The position numbers and the translations under genes were made by a program. The notes under the pieces are model-generated. The model searched no databases and was not told where the DNA came from. It worked only from the letters and a program-made list of their open reading frames with translations. DNA of 64,000 nucleotides from a virus. Lineage: Duplodnaviria > Caudoviricetes. Below are positions 39,179-49,002 of this stretch, piece by piece (the first letter of the stretch is position 1; each line of letters opens with the position of its first letter). The stretch is from the IMG/VR virus record IMGVR_UViG_3300019872_000002, positions 1-64,000 of that record, one strand, 5' to 3'.

Positions 39179-40669
39179 TTAAAATCCTCCTTTAGGAATA
39201 CCTACAAATGTAGCCTTCTTTGTAATTGTTTGGGGTGCTGATTGTGGCTTCTTTATTTTGCCTGCTGCATTTCCGGTTTTGAATTTTGACGGGCTTATGT
39301 TCTCCTTGCTTATTTCACTTATAACCGAATTTAATTTTAAGGCGTCTGCTGGGTTATTAGGATCAAAAGTTTCTTTTCGACCTTCAATTATTTTGGCCTT
39401 AAACTCTCCGTCTTGATTAAATGACGTTACTTGGCGAGAAGGAATGTTTAATGTTATTTTCCCATCCGGAGCAACCAAAATACCTAATGGCTTTTGATAA
39501 TCTGATCTTGCGGCTGCTAAAGCTTTCAATTCTTCTCCGCTACCTGGGACTTGGTTAAACATTCTATTGATTAAGTCTTGTCTATATGTTTCTGCACCAG
39601 TTCCCGTACCCCTTGCTTTTTCAAGATTTAACCTTTGTTGTTCCATCGACAACCTTTGGCGTTGCATGTCCTGATCTTCATCGCTATAATCCCTGCTAAC
39701 CTTACGGTATGGATCAGCTTTAGATTTAGCTATATTATAATATTGATTAATTACTGAATTATACTTTTGTTTAGCTAAAGTTATTTGTTCTGCCTGTTGA
39801 TCTAATAAATCATTTAATTGCTGCCCTTCTCCGGTTATTCCATAGTCTCTTGCTATGGCTTCCCTCATTCCCTTATCTCCTTTGTATCTTTTTAACAAAT
39901 CTTCTTTGTTACCATCAAAAGTGTCTTTTACTTTTTTAGCTTCTGAAATAGTTAGTCCCGTAGACTGCTTTAAATATCTTTCGCCCCCATTTGCTGACTT
40001 AAATAATGTTTCTATATTTTGCTTTGTTGGCTCTTCTAAAACAGTTTTTTCTTCTATTTTATTATTTCCCACAATTGAACTAGACTGATAGGTGGACGGG
40101 TCTAGCTTAGGAATAATCTCTTTAATTGGATCAAAGCGCTTTCTTAATTGAGGTATCATTCCCTTACTAGCTTGTGAATAAGGTTTATTTATATAATCAT
40201 TTAATTCTTGAAATGATTCTGGTTCATAAGCATCTGGATCAGCTCTAAAAGCCTTAAATTGATCTGCAACATTCGCTTCTGTAGCTTTTCTTGTATCCGT
40301 ATCAGAAAGTATAGATTGCCTTTCTAATAAATAATTTTGTGCTGCTTCTGATTGTACTGGATCATTGGCATTGTAATTAAATGGGTTTATACCAAGTTGC
40401 CTAAGTTCAATCCCATCTTGTAAGTGCTGCTGATACCTCTTTTTAAACTCCGGTTGCCAATAAAGACCTCCATCTACCTTTAAAGCATTCTTTTCCCAAT
40501 CAGATGCTGTCTGTTGGGCTTGCTTTTGCTTAAGTAATTCATTTTGCTGAGCAATTTTTCGATTGTAATCAATCGTTTCAATTACACTATCTGCCGCTTT
40601 ACTTCTGCCTAAAACAAATGCTGATCCTGTGCCAGCTTGTCCCAAAGGGACTGTATTAATATCTGCCAT
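39179..40669 (-). CDS. Internal virion / ejection protein
   Basis: Q/K-rich helical protein between the pilot-like and large ejection genes. Confidence 0.65.
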   Translation of the reverse strand: MADINTVPLGQAGTGSAFVLGRSKAADSVIETIDYNRKIAQQNELLKQKQAQQTASDWEKNALKVDGGLYWQPEFKKRYQQHLQDGIELRQLGINPFNYNANDPVQSEAAQNYLLERQSILSDTDTRKATEANVADQFKAFRADPDAYEPESFQELNDYINKPYSQASKGMIPQLRKRFDPIKEIIPKLDPSTYQSSSIVGNNKIEEKTVLEEPTKQNIETLFKSANGGERYLKQSTGLTISEAKKVKDTFDGNKEDLLKRYKGDKGMREAIARDYGITGEGQQLNDLLDQQAEQITLAKQKYNSVINQYYNIAKSKADPYRKVSRDYSDEDQDMQRQRLSMEQQRLNLEKARGTGTGAETYRQDLINRMFNQVPGSGEELKALAAARSDYQKPLGILVAPDGKITLNIPSRQVTSFNQDGEFKAKIIEGRKETFDPNNPADALKLNSVISEISKENISPSKFKTGNAAGKIKKPQSAPQTITKKATFVGIPKGGF

Positions 40670-40671
40670 AC

Positions 40672-41346
40672 CTATGCTATTGAACCTGTGGAAGAGCCTA
40701 ATGATTGTGTTGAAAGACCTTGCCTAGCCTTCCATAAATAATATTCTTTTACCTGATTATCCGAAAGTGTCGGGTTGCTTTGTGCTAACGTTGCCTTTGG
40801 CGTGATAAGATTCGTACCTACCTGAGCAGCTTGATCTAAAGCTCCATAAATATTCTCATTACCCGATTGTGTCAATGCAGCCTTTTCTCTCAATTTACCT
40901 TGGTAAATATCTCTATCGTAAGCATTTTTATTAGTGTACTCCTGACCTGCTGCTGCATTGGCATTTAAAGACTGTGTAAGCGCGTTGTCAGCTCCCTGAG
41001 CATTTTGTACAGCCAGATTATTAAGTTGCTGAGATTGCCCGTATGCTATCTTAGTTGCCAAGTCAAGAACATCGCCCCCTGAGCTTGCGCCCTGCACTCC
41101 TGCATTGAAAGCTCCTGCATTAGCAGCTCCAATTTGAGATACAGCTTGTCCATAGCCCGGCATTGAGTAATTACCTGCTCGGTCACCTAAAACCCTAGCA
41201 TTATCAATAACCCCATTGTTGACCTGATACCCTGGGTCGGTTGGATTTAAAGCATTAGCCTTCCTTAACTGACGCGCACCCGATATGGCTTTAAATAGGC
41301 TAGGCACGAGTCCTATACCTGCTGCTGCTAATAGTGGTAATGGCAT
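40672..41346 (-). CDS. Gly/Ala-rich pilot-like ejection protein
   Basis: MPLPLLAAAGIGLVPSLF N-terminus and A/G/Q-rich body. Confidence 0.65.
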   Translation of the reverse strand: MPLPLLAAAGIGLVPSLFKAISGARQLRKANALNPTDPGYQVNNGVIDNARVLGDRAGNYSMPGYGQAVSQIGAANAGAFNAGVQGASSGGDVLDLATKIAYGQSQQLNNLAVQNAQGADNALTQSLNANAAAGQEYTNKNAYDRDIYQGKLREKAALTQSGNENIYGALDQAAQVGTNLITPKATLAQSNPTLSDNQVKEYYLWKARQGLSTQSLGSSTGSIA

Positions 41347-41368
41347 AATTTTTAATATTTAATGTGCA

Positions 41369-41376
41369 TAAAGATA
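41369..41376 (-). promoter_or_regulatory. Promoter-like box TATCTTTA
   Basis: One mismatch to TAnnTTTG, in the gap before the ejection operon. Confidence 0.5.
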
Positions 41377-41414
41377 CAACTATACGATTAATTTTATTTT
41401 TATCAGTCTTATTG

Positions 41415-42314
41415 TCAATAGGTATATTGAGATAATGATACAATCACGTCTAGACTTGACAACCTTACCTCATTTGTATCGTCGTTTTGAATAGTGATTT
41501 TCATGACTGTACCCTGTAATTCCGCGCCTTTCATCAGCGCATCTAAATCCGTTACAAATCTGTTGTCATTCATATCTCTCAAGAAATCAGAGAACCAATC
41601 ACCTTGTATGGATTTGAATCTACCTTTTTTTAACCTTGATCGCTGACCTTCTGGCTTACCGTAATAAGGAGGTATTTCCAAATCTGTGACACTCCATGCT
41701 CTATTGGACTTCTGCCTCATGCTCCAATATTTTTTAACCTCTGTTGGGCTTAAATTGCAGTAAAAAGTAATGATACTTGAATATTGTACGCCAAAGAAAT
41801 TATTCCTAGTCTCATTTGTATTCTGTTCCCATAGCCTTCCGTTTTCAAAAGCAAAGAAGCTATTCACAAACTTATTCATGAACTCTGGTATATATGAGTA
41901 GTAAGTAACCCACTTGTCTGCATCCTCATTGAAAGCCAATGTTGTTCCAATTCTTGCCTGTGCCGGAGGAAAAACCTGTAATAGCTGTAATGAACTTACT
42001 CCTGTAGCATAGAATTGAATTAAAGCCGCTGGATTACTTGTTGTGAATTGCTCAGTGTATATACCTGGTTGCGTTCTTAATACCCCTTGTTCTCCGTCAA
42101 CAATAATATTTACTGTCCCTGATTCCAAAGTTAGTATCGTATATCTGAACGTCCATAGAGCGGCACTTGACAAGTCCAATGTTTGATTGATATATCCTGA
42201 GTTACATCCGCTATGGTAAGCTATGCTACCAGACACAATCCATCCTTGATCTGAAAAATCCCCCGGTAGATTAATTACCAGAGGCTGATTTTTTAAAATT
42301 GAATAGCTTCCCAT
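41415..42314 (-). CDS. Tail protein resembling the C-terminal part of crAss-type nozzle/stabilization proteins
   Basis: TLAFNEDADKWVTYYSYIPE...RNNFFGVQY...WFSDFLRD, directly after the nozzle gene. Confidence 0.6.
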   Translation of the reverse strand: MGSYSILKNQPLVINLPGDFSDQGWIVSGSIAYHSGCNSGYINQTLDLSSAALWTFRYTILTLESGTVNIIVDGEQGVLRTQPGIYTEQFTTSNPAALIQFYATGVSSLQLLQVFPPAQARIGTTLAFNEDADKWVTYYSYIPEFMNKFVNSFFAFENGRLWEQNTNETRNNFFGVQYSSIITFYCNLSPTEVKKYWSMRQKSNRAWSVTDLEIPPYYGKPEGQRSRLKKGRFKSIQGDWFSDFLRDMNDNRFVTDLDALMKGAELQGTVMKITIQNDDTNEVRLSSLDVIVSLSQYTY

Positions 42315-42316
42315 TT

Positions 42317-45300
42317 TTATGTTGTTATGGTTATAGTCCCTTTAGGTATATCATTTTCTATAATAGTTCCGCTTACAGGTATAGTTCCTGATTCAGAGTA
42401 AGCAAATTCTCCTGTTATCGTTTCGGGAATACCTACACTAATATTATTCGTCAAAGTTGCTGTTAATAAATTAGCATCTGTCAGGTAATTGAATGGATAA
42501 AATGAATTTCCATTTTTAGGGTTCACATTCAGAATAAAATTACCAGTTGTGTTATCATCAAGCTTAACTCCGTAATCTCCTTCATTTAGTGAATTAACAG
42601 TTGACAGTGTTTTTGTAGTATATCCTACAGCTGTACTTGATCCGGTAGATACAATATCAACAGAAGTAGCCCCAACAGGGATAACATATTCAAAATACTG
42701 CAATTCTATCGCTTGAGTTGTTACATCGTTATTATACAAACTGGTCACATTATTCAGCTTAATCCCCAAATTTGCTTTTGATGATGGTGCCCATGGATAA
42801 ACATCAGGAAAGGAGAATTGTATTATTTTTATAGTATCCCCCTCGTAATATGTCCCGGATATGGTGCCTGCCCCTGCAAAAGCTAATCTATCAGTTTCTA
42901 CCCCGTTTCTTTGAACTATTAAAGCGTTCCAAGTAAATGGATCTGCCCCATATATAATCTGCCAGTTTATAGGTACTGTTAAGGCTATAGAACATGCTGT
43001 TGTATCGAATATTGGAGCAACATAATCAGGATCAGTAACATCGTTAGGTTTTTCTTCTCCAGTAAGCGAGTTGTCATAAACCAGATATTCTTCAAGAGTA
43101 GCCCAACCTTTGTAGCCAGTGTTCAATCCGTCTTCTGTGACGCAGAAGTATGATAATTCCTTTTGTCTCCAAGCTTTTTCTTGAGGCACATCTACGACCG
43201 TAATACAGGCTTTCTTAGGCAGTGACCATGCACCATCAATGAAAGCCCTGTATGTAAAGCTATCGTTGCCTACAAAGTCTGTATTTGGCTGATACGTAAT
43301 TTCAAAGCCGCTAGTTAAAGTGGCTGTGCCGTTTACCGATGGTGCAACAATTTCAAAAGTAGTTGAATCAGGTAAAAGCGGAGTCGATATAACCCATCCA
43401 TTAAAACCATCGAAGTATATGTACTTATTATAGCCCTCAATGGTAACCACATAGACCCCATTCTTACGGTCAAATCCCCCAAATATCCTTGCTTTGTTAT
43501 TAACCGCCTGGGTTAGCAACTCTCGGACTTCATTGTCCAAGAAATATGTTTTGCTAATAGGTTCTTCACCATTACCTCCCAAACGAATAATAACCCCTGA
43601 GTTGGGGCTTATGAAATATTTTTGAGTTGCATTAGCCGCATAGCTCTCCGGACTATTACCAATCCCTCCCTCCCATGCAAAATACTGTATTGGGTTCAAT
43701 AATTTGGCTGAGCCAACGTTCAAAGCAACTCCGCTATTATCTTGTGTGATCCTTGCATCTACCGGAACATAAGATGTTTTCAATTGCTTGAAGGTATATA
43801 TCAGGTTGGTATCAAACTTAGTCAGCATGATATCTCCGTATTTATCATTGTAATCCTCTCTGTCAAGGTTGTCAAAGTCATTTAGACCATTTATACGCGT
43901 ATCCTCAATAAAGTTGTTAGAGAAACGCATACGGCTTCCGAAATGAACTTCTCCATCACCATTATCCTCTGCATTAACTCTTCCGTTATCATTCATTAAA
44001 CTTTCGTAAAAGTCAGAGTAACTTTGGTCTTCTACAGGTTGAATGGTCATTTGAGTTCCTGGAAATTGATTGTTTAATGGCTGCTCTCTGTTGCGTACAT
44101 AAGCCGTTCCTTCGCTGATTTCAACCAAAGCAGGTAATACGGCTGTTTGATTTTGTTTGTTGCCCCCGTGGTAAGCGTTTTCCGTGCCTGCATTAATGAT
44201 TGCAAATTTCTTTTGGAACTCAAAGAACTGTTGCGTAGACAATGGATTTGAAATACTTGATGGCTTATATATTTCAACCATACTGTTGTCTTCCAATGTA
44301 ATACCAGACGGCTTACGTATCCTTACTGTACCTCTTCTGTCGATTAATTTGTAAGATAGATAAGTAGCAGGATCTGTGCCGCCTACAGTATTGTTCAGCA
44401 AATAGGTAGTTGATGTTGGAGCATCTGTAATTTCCCTTTCGTTACCATCTATTAGCATAAACTTCCCGATGTTACTGGCTTTCGCCTCTCCAACTGTAAC
44501 TGTAGCTGAGCCATTAGTTGTAACATTTGAAAATATGTCATCAGTTAAAGTCGCACTGTAGGAAATGATCTCAGTTTCAAAGGATGGGTAATATGTTCCG
44601 TCACTTGTTTTTCTAATAGCACGTAGACGATCTCCTTTGGCAAATTCATAAACCAGTGGGGTATTAGGATGAATCTTTTGGTAGGTATATAAACTGCCAA
44701 CTACTAAATCTAAGTAGTCTTGAGCTTCATCATCATTTACAGCAACCACTTTCTGAATTAGCATTTGAATATAAGTCCCATACACCAAATCAGAAGATCT
44801 GACAATCTGATAGTACTTAGCCCATATAGGAGCCTTATGGTTGATTTGTACCGTTATTTTAGAAGCTTTATAGCCTCCTAATTCATTTATGGTACTAATG
44901 TTCACAATCAGTGCATCAACAGTGTATACAAGCGATTTACGTCCGTCAAAGTCTTCATACTCTATACCTAGTTTAATGCTGCTTCCAAGCTTAATATTTC
45001 TTATAGATTGTCCGGTATCTTTCAAAGTATTGAACTGTACAGGCTGTACGGATGCTGATCCGCTTATATCATTCTGGTTTCTGGTCGCCTTTATGATGTA
45101 GGAGAAGGTGACCATATCCGGTGTGACCGTATTGTTGTAAATATTAGTCTCCGGTAGTTCTTCTGTTTTCCTAAATATTCTGCCTGTTCCAATCAAAAAC
45201 TGTTTTACTTTATTAGCTACGGTAAGGTAAGTATCAGTATTTATCGCGGTGTAAGTGTAATTAAAGTTGTCTGACTGCCCATTGGAAAGAATAAGCTTAA

Positions 45301-46585
45301 ATTGATTACCAGCCTTTACATCACTACCGATCTTTATCGTATGTATAACAAACCTAGAAGGAGACTCTTTGGCTGAGAGGAAAGTATTGACCCCATCTAC
45401 AGTTGTAATGTCCTCATGAGAAGAAACGTAGTCAGCTGTTCCTTTTGTTAAATTGAAATATGGATCGTTAAATTCATTATCTACCCCATCTTCTATGAAT
45501 AAATCAGAATAGGTAACGCTTGTAGATACATCAATATCAACGACTGGAAACCCTTCATAAGCATTACTATACACAAGGGCATTCTTAACGAAAGCTTGGC
45601 ATAATGGCCTCTTTGGGAGAAAGCTATATGGCCTTATAATTTTTGTCTGATCCAGGCTAGCTGCAGCAATATCATTATAAAAAGTATAAGTGTATTGCGT
45701 ATTATCACTCAATCCAAGCCTCTTCTTATTTACAGTAGTAATCAGAACCCAATTAAGTAGAGAAGTATCATTTACTGCTGCAGAAGTATCTTGCATAGCT
45801 ACCTCAATTTTAATAACAGTTTTATCTCCTGTACCAAAACTTATCTGCAACGCATTATTATCCGTTGGTATTGCATTCACACCTGTAAATGGCTCGTATG
45901 CTGGCAAAGGAACAGCACTAAAGTCGCTCCAATTACTTACTTCTCCATCGTCATATAGAAATCTTACAGCAAACTTATACAACGCGCCATACAGCCTATT
46001 GAACTTCTTAGTAGTATCAGAAAAGTAGATAGCAGTAGGAGCAAATGGGTCTGTCTGTTTATACGCATTTATATAAGATTCTAGCACTGTCCCGTATCCA
46101 GTGGCAGATTTATCTATCAACTTAGAGATATTCGTTTTACGGGCATTTTCTTTGCCGTCAACCCAATATAACCGCCCTTTTATTACGTCAGCGTGTAGGA
46201 TAAGATACTCTGGACTAAATCTCAATATTTGAATACCTCCTGTATCCTCTTTGTCGTGAAGGATATTTATAACTGTTTTGGTCAGTGCATCATATTGAAA
46301 TATACTATCGTTACCATTGTCGTTGTATACCATGAAGTAAAACTTATTGTTCTCTTCATCGTTAGCCACTCCCATACATCTGTTGAATCCAGATGGCAAA
46401 GCAAAAGCAATTTCTGTATTGCCCTTCACATTGGTAATTATACCAACGTTACCTTCCCCCTGAGAATGAATATTGCAATTTAATATGTACGTGGCCGCTG
46501 TAGGAGGGAGCAACTCCCTGGCTATCGTAGTAATTATCCCATCAGTGAATGTATGGGTATCGACTTGTTTCAGATTTGATGGCAT
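42317..46585 (-). CDS. Tail nozzle / stabilization (muzzle) protein with Ig-like insertion
   Basis: 1422-aa beta-rich protein; N-terminal ILNC...GIITNVKGN pattern, late NGTAT...YQPNTDFVGNDSFTY Ig-like repeat, and position after the ring genes. Confidence 0.7.
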   Translation of the reverse strand: MPSNLKQVDTHTFTDGIITTIARELLPPTAATYILNCNIHSQGEGNVGIITNVKGNTEIAFALPSGFNRCMGVANDEENNKFYFMVYNDNGNDSIFQYDALTKTVINILHDKEDTGGIQILRFSPEYLILHADVIKGRLYWVDGKENARKTNISKLIDKSATGYGTVLESYINAYKQTDPFAPTAIYFSDTTKKFNRLYGALYKFAVRFLYDDGEVSNWSDFSAVPLPAYEPFTGVNAIPTDNNALQISFGTGDKTVIKIEVAMQDTSAAVNDTSLLNWVLITTVNKKRLGLSDNTQYTYTFYNDIAAASLDQTKIIRPYSFLPKRPLCQAFVKNALVYSNAYEGFPVVDIDVSTSVTYSDLFIEDGVDNEFNDPYFNLTKGTADYVSSHEDITTVDGVNTFLSAKESPSRFVIHTIKIGSDVKAGNQFKLILSNGQSDNFNYTYTAINTDTYLTVANKVKQFLIGTGRIFRKTEELPETNIYNNTVTPDMVTFSYIIKATRNQNDISGSASVQPVQFNTLKDTGQSIRNIKLGSSIKLGIEYEDFDGRKSLVYTVDALIVNISTINELGGYKASKITVQINHKAPIWAKYYQIVRSSDLVYGTYIQMLIQKVVAVNDDEAQDYLDLVVGSLYTYQKIHPNTPLVYEFAKGDRLRAIRKTSDGTYYPSFETEIISYSATLTDDIFSNVTTNGSATVTVGEAKASNIGKFMLIDGNEREITDAPTSTTYLLNNTVGGTDPATYLSYKLIDRRGTVRIRKPSGITLEDNSMVEIYKPSSISNPLSTQQFFEFQKKFAIINAGTENAYHGGNKQNQTAVLPALVEISEGTAYVRNREQPLNNQFPGTQMTIQPVEDQSYSDFYESLMNDNGRVNAEDNGDGEVHFGSRMRFSNNFIEDTRINGLNDFDNLDREDYNDKYGDIMLTKFDTNLIYTFKQLKTSYVPVDARITQDNSGVALNVGSAKLLNPIQYFAWEGGIGNSPESYAANATQKYFISPNSGVIIRLGGNGEEPISKTYFLDNEVRELLTQAVNNKARIFGGFDRKNGVYVVTIEGYNKYIYFDGFNGWVISTPLLPDSTTFEIVAPSVNGTATLTSGFEITYQPNTDFVGNDSFTYRAFIDGAWSLPKKACITVVDVPQEKAWRQKELSYFCVTEDGLNTGYKGWATLEEYLVYDNSLTGEEKPNDVTDPDYVAPIFDTTACSIALTVPINWQIIYGADPFTWNALIVQRNGVETDRLAFAGAGTISGTYYEGDTIKIIQFSFPDVYPWAPSSKANLGIKLNNVTSLYNNDVTTQAIELQYFEYVIPVGATSVDIVSTGSSTAVGYTTKTLSTVNSLNEGDYGVKLDDNTTGNFILNVNPKNGNSFYPFNYLTDANLLTATLTNNISVGIPETITGEFAYSESGTIPVSGTIIENDIPKGTITITT

Positions 46586-46608
46586 ATTAAACTCAATTAA
46601 TTATACCT

Positions 46609-46616
46609 CAAATGTA
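46609..46616 (-). promoter_or_regulatory. TAnnTTTG promoter box (TACATTTG)
   Basis: Exact match 23 nt upstream of the nozzle ATG. Confidence 0.65.
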
Positions 46617-46636
46617 AATATTATTTAAAGGAGTCT

Positions 46637-47383
46637 TTAATAGTTACTTGGCGAGAAGGATTTGTTCAGTTCTGCTGATGCGTAAAGCGCATTCTGGAAG
46701 TTGTACAGTCGCTGCAACTTATTGAAGTGACGTTCATATTCAGAGTTGTTGTATATGGCCATATTTAAATCACCCCTCTCTTCGTAGAACCTTGCTTTAG
46801 CCCAATAAGAGATACACATTTCAGCCTCTGTAGGAATTAATTTAAGGCCGTCTGATATACCGTCTGACTTATTCAATTACTCTATTTCAGCATCTTTAGG
46901 CACCAAGCTACCTATTTGTATCTCCCCAGTTTTCTTATCTATGTTATAATATCCAGGAGCATACACGCCTCTACCAAAACCGTACAGTTCCCCAAGGAAA
47001 TTATTCCCTCTAAAACAATTGTAGAATGGGAACATTTGGCCTACATATTCTCCACAAAATATATCATTCACCATTTGTTCAGATTGTGATTGATTTAATC
47101 GTTCTCGTTGAACACTCTTGTCGAGACTCAAAACAGCTAAGTGTCCGTTACGCAAGATTCCTACTTTGGTTTCATAAACAAAGTCACTCGGCATTGAAAT
47201 TACATTATCAAATTCAAGAATTGCAGTTTTAACACTGAAATCCTGATTCAAAAACAGGTTCATTTCTCTCCATCCGGAAAGTAAATGACGTGAAAAAGTA
47301 AACTCATATTTCCCAGTACTATCACCGATTCCTGAGGATAGATTAGAAGCGATTGTTTTTATTGAAACCAGAGCTTTTGACAT
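46637..47383 (-). pseudogene. Tail ring/tube protein interrupted by in-frame TAA at 46877-46879
   Basis: The listed ORFs 46877..47383 and 46637..46876 are in the same frame, separated by one stop codon (AEIE*LNKSDG). Confidence 0.7.
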
Positions 47384-47386
47384 TGC

Positions 47387-48013
47387 TTATCTTTTTAAAG
47401 TATTGGTATCGTCTACCTTATTGTTAATTAAATCTGCTGGCTTAGCTTTTTGTCCTGTGAACCATTGAATACAAACGTCTAAAGCGATTACCTCTGTGGA
47501 GGCTATAAGAGGTAATTCATCATCGTCATCCAAGTCTTCTACCCGAACAATATACTCCCCATTCAAAAACTCTGAAAGTACGCCTGTTGGGTACACTTCC
47601 ATACCATACTGTCCAAGAGGATAGTAAAATCCTTGCCCAAGTAACAAGTCTTTATAATGATGTATTGTACGCCTGTCAGCGTCCATCAGAGGCGAGTAAT
47701 AGTTGTTACAGTTATCGAATACTGCTCTTACCCCTTCGTTTCCGTACAGAGGTACATAGCCTTTTGGGAGGGTAATACTCGCAACCGGAGTAGTCCTGTC
47801 AATAGGAATATTTTTAAACACCCCGTAGAACATGGAAGGTAAATCCCTATTACCCTCCTGCTTTAAAGATATGTTTCTTCCAGAGGTAAGCGCATAGTTA
47901 ACAGCAGCAGGAATGTAAGCCTCAATATCCTCTCGCTGTACATTCATTTCATCTGTCAGAACACCTCCTGATACAGCTAATAACACACTCTCCTTAAAAA
48001 CGCCCTTTGTCAT
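47387..48013 (-). CDS. Putative tail ring / adaptor protein
   Basis: Size and position between capsid and nozzle genes. Confidence 0.55.
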   Translation of the reverse strand: MTKGVFKESVLLAVSGGVLTDEMNVQREDIEAYIPAAVNYALTSGRNISLKQEGNRDLPSMFYGVFKNIPIDRTTPVASITLPKGYVPLYGNEGVRAVFDNCNNYYSPLMDADRRTIHHYKDLLLGQGFYYPLGQYGMEVYPTGVLSEFLNGEYIVRVEDLDDDDELPLIASTEVIALDVCIQWFTGQKAKPADLINNKVDDTNTLKR

Positions 48014-48016
48014 CGC

Positions 48017-48223
48017 TTAACCTTTTGCACCCACGTAAATAGTCTGTCCTTTTTTGTTTGTCCTGGTTCCGAATATAGTTCTAAATTCTTTGGATACAAG
48101 ACCTTCTGTTGCTCCTGCACCTGCTACCGGGCTTAGTTCATCCACCGGAATAACTTGAATGTTTTCTGCGTAGAGATCAGTAATCTTTGCTACTACCTCT
48201 GCTTTTTTTTCTGTTAATGTCAT
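48017..48223 (-). CDS. Hypothetical structural-region protein
   Basis: 68-aa ORF filling the gap in the operon. Confidence 0.55.
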   Translation of the reverse strand: MTLTEKKAEVVAKITDLYAENIQVIPVDELSPVAGAGATEGLVSKEFRTIFGTRTNKKGQTIYVGAKG

Positions 48224-48230
48224 AGTATTT

Positions 48231-48923
48231 TTATTTTACGTCTGTTTGCACTGTTCTGTTAATTGCTAGCTCAGAGAAAGACTGTGCTAAATTTTCCCGC
48301 TGTTCTATACCCATACTTTCTAACATGAAGTAAACAAATAAGTTGAATAAACCTTCTGGAAATTCAATATCAATAGTATTTTCTATATCTAATACCAAGT
48401 AATCATTGTCGTCATCTTCTGCGGTAGTAAAAGCTATCTTGGCCTCAGAAGGTTTTTTGCAGTAAATGAAATTAACCGGAATATTGCTTTGTTTCGGTAG
48501 CATGGTTATATTCCCATCTGTAAAATAGTATAACGTCTTATTCTTGGTCAAGTTAGGCTTACGTATAGGGCTGCTTAACGTCATTCCGATAGCGTTTACC
48601 GTTATTTTATGAGCAGCATACTCTTCGTTCACATTTGGTCTATAATTGATAGCTAACGTCCTGTAATAATCTTCATAAGTTTCTATTATTGATGAAGCGA
48701 ACAATTTACCTCCGGTAGTAGATACGACTGCTTCTGAAATTATATGATTTATCAAAGCGTCTGTTACCTTCTGATTGTTCTCATAGTTATCGCAAAGCAA
48801 TGATAATATAGCATACTGTACAGAATACAAATTACTGTTAAACTCAGCAGCAGTAAAGTATCCGGAGGTGCCTGTTTTAGTCAGTACGCTCAGCCTTTCC
48901 CAAAGTGTTTCGACTTTTATCAT
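48231..48923 (-). CDS. Putative tail tubular / ring protein
   Basis: KTGTSGYFTAAEFN N-terminus and YCKKPSEAK...IEFP C-terminus, consistent with crAss-type ring proteins. ATG at 48923 is preferred. Confidence 0.6.
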   Translation of the reverse strand: MIKVETLWERLSVLTKTGTSGYFTAAEFNSNLYSVQYAILSLLCDNYENNQKVTDALINHIISEAVVSTTGGKLFASSIIETYEDYYRTLAINYRPNVNEEYAAHKITVNAIGMTLSSPIRKPNLTKNKTLYYFTDGNITMLPKQSNIPVNFIYCKKPSEAKIAFTTAEDDDNDYLVLDIENTIDIEFPEGLFNLFVYFMLESMGIEQRENLAQSFSELAINRTVQTDVK

Positions 48924-48926
48924 AAA

Positions 48927-48934
48927 CAAATGTA
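48927..48934 (-). promoter_or_regulatory. TAnnTTTG promoter box (TACATTTG), near-leaderless
   Basis: Exact match ending 3 nt before the ATG at 48923. Confidence 0.6.
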
Positions 48935-48937
48935 CAT

Positions 48938-48978
48938 AAAAAAACAAAAGCCAAGAATCAACTAAGACCCTTGGCTTT
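48938..48978 (-). terminator. Intrinsic terminator
   Basis: AAAGCCAAG/CTTGGCTTT inverted repeat followed by a T-rich tract. Confidence 0.7.
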
Positions 48979-49002
48979 AAATCATAACTCAACTCTGTAT
49001 TC

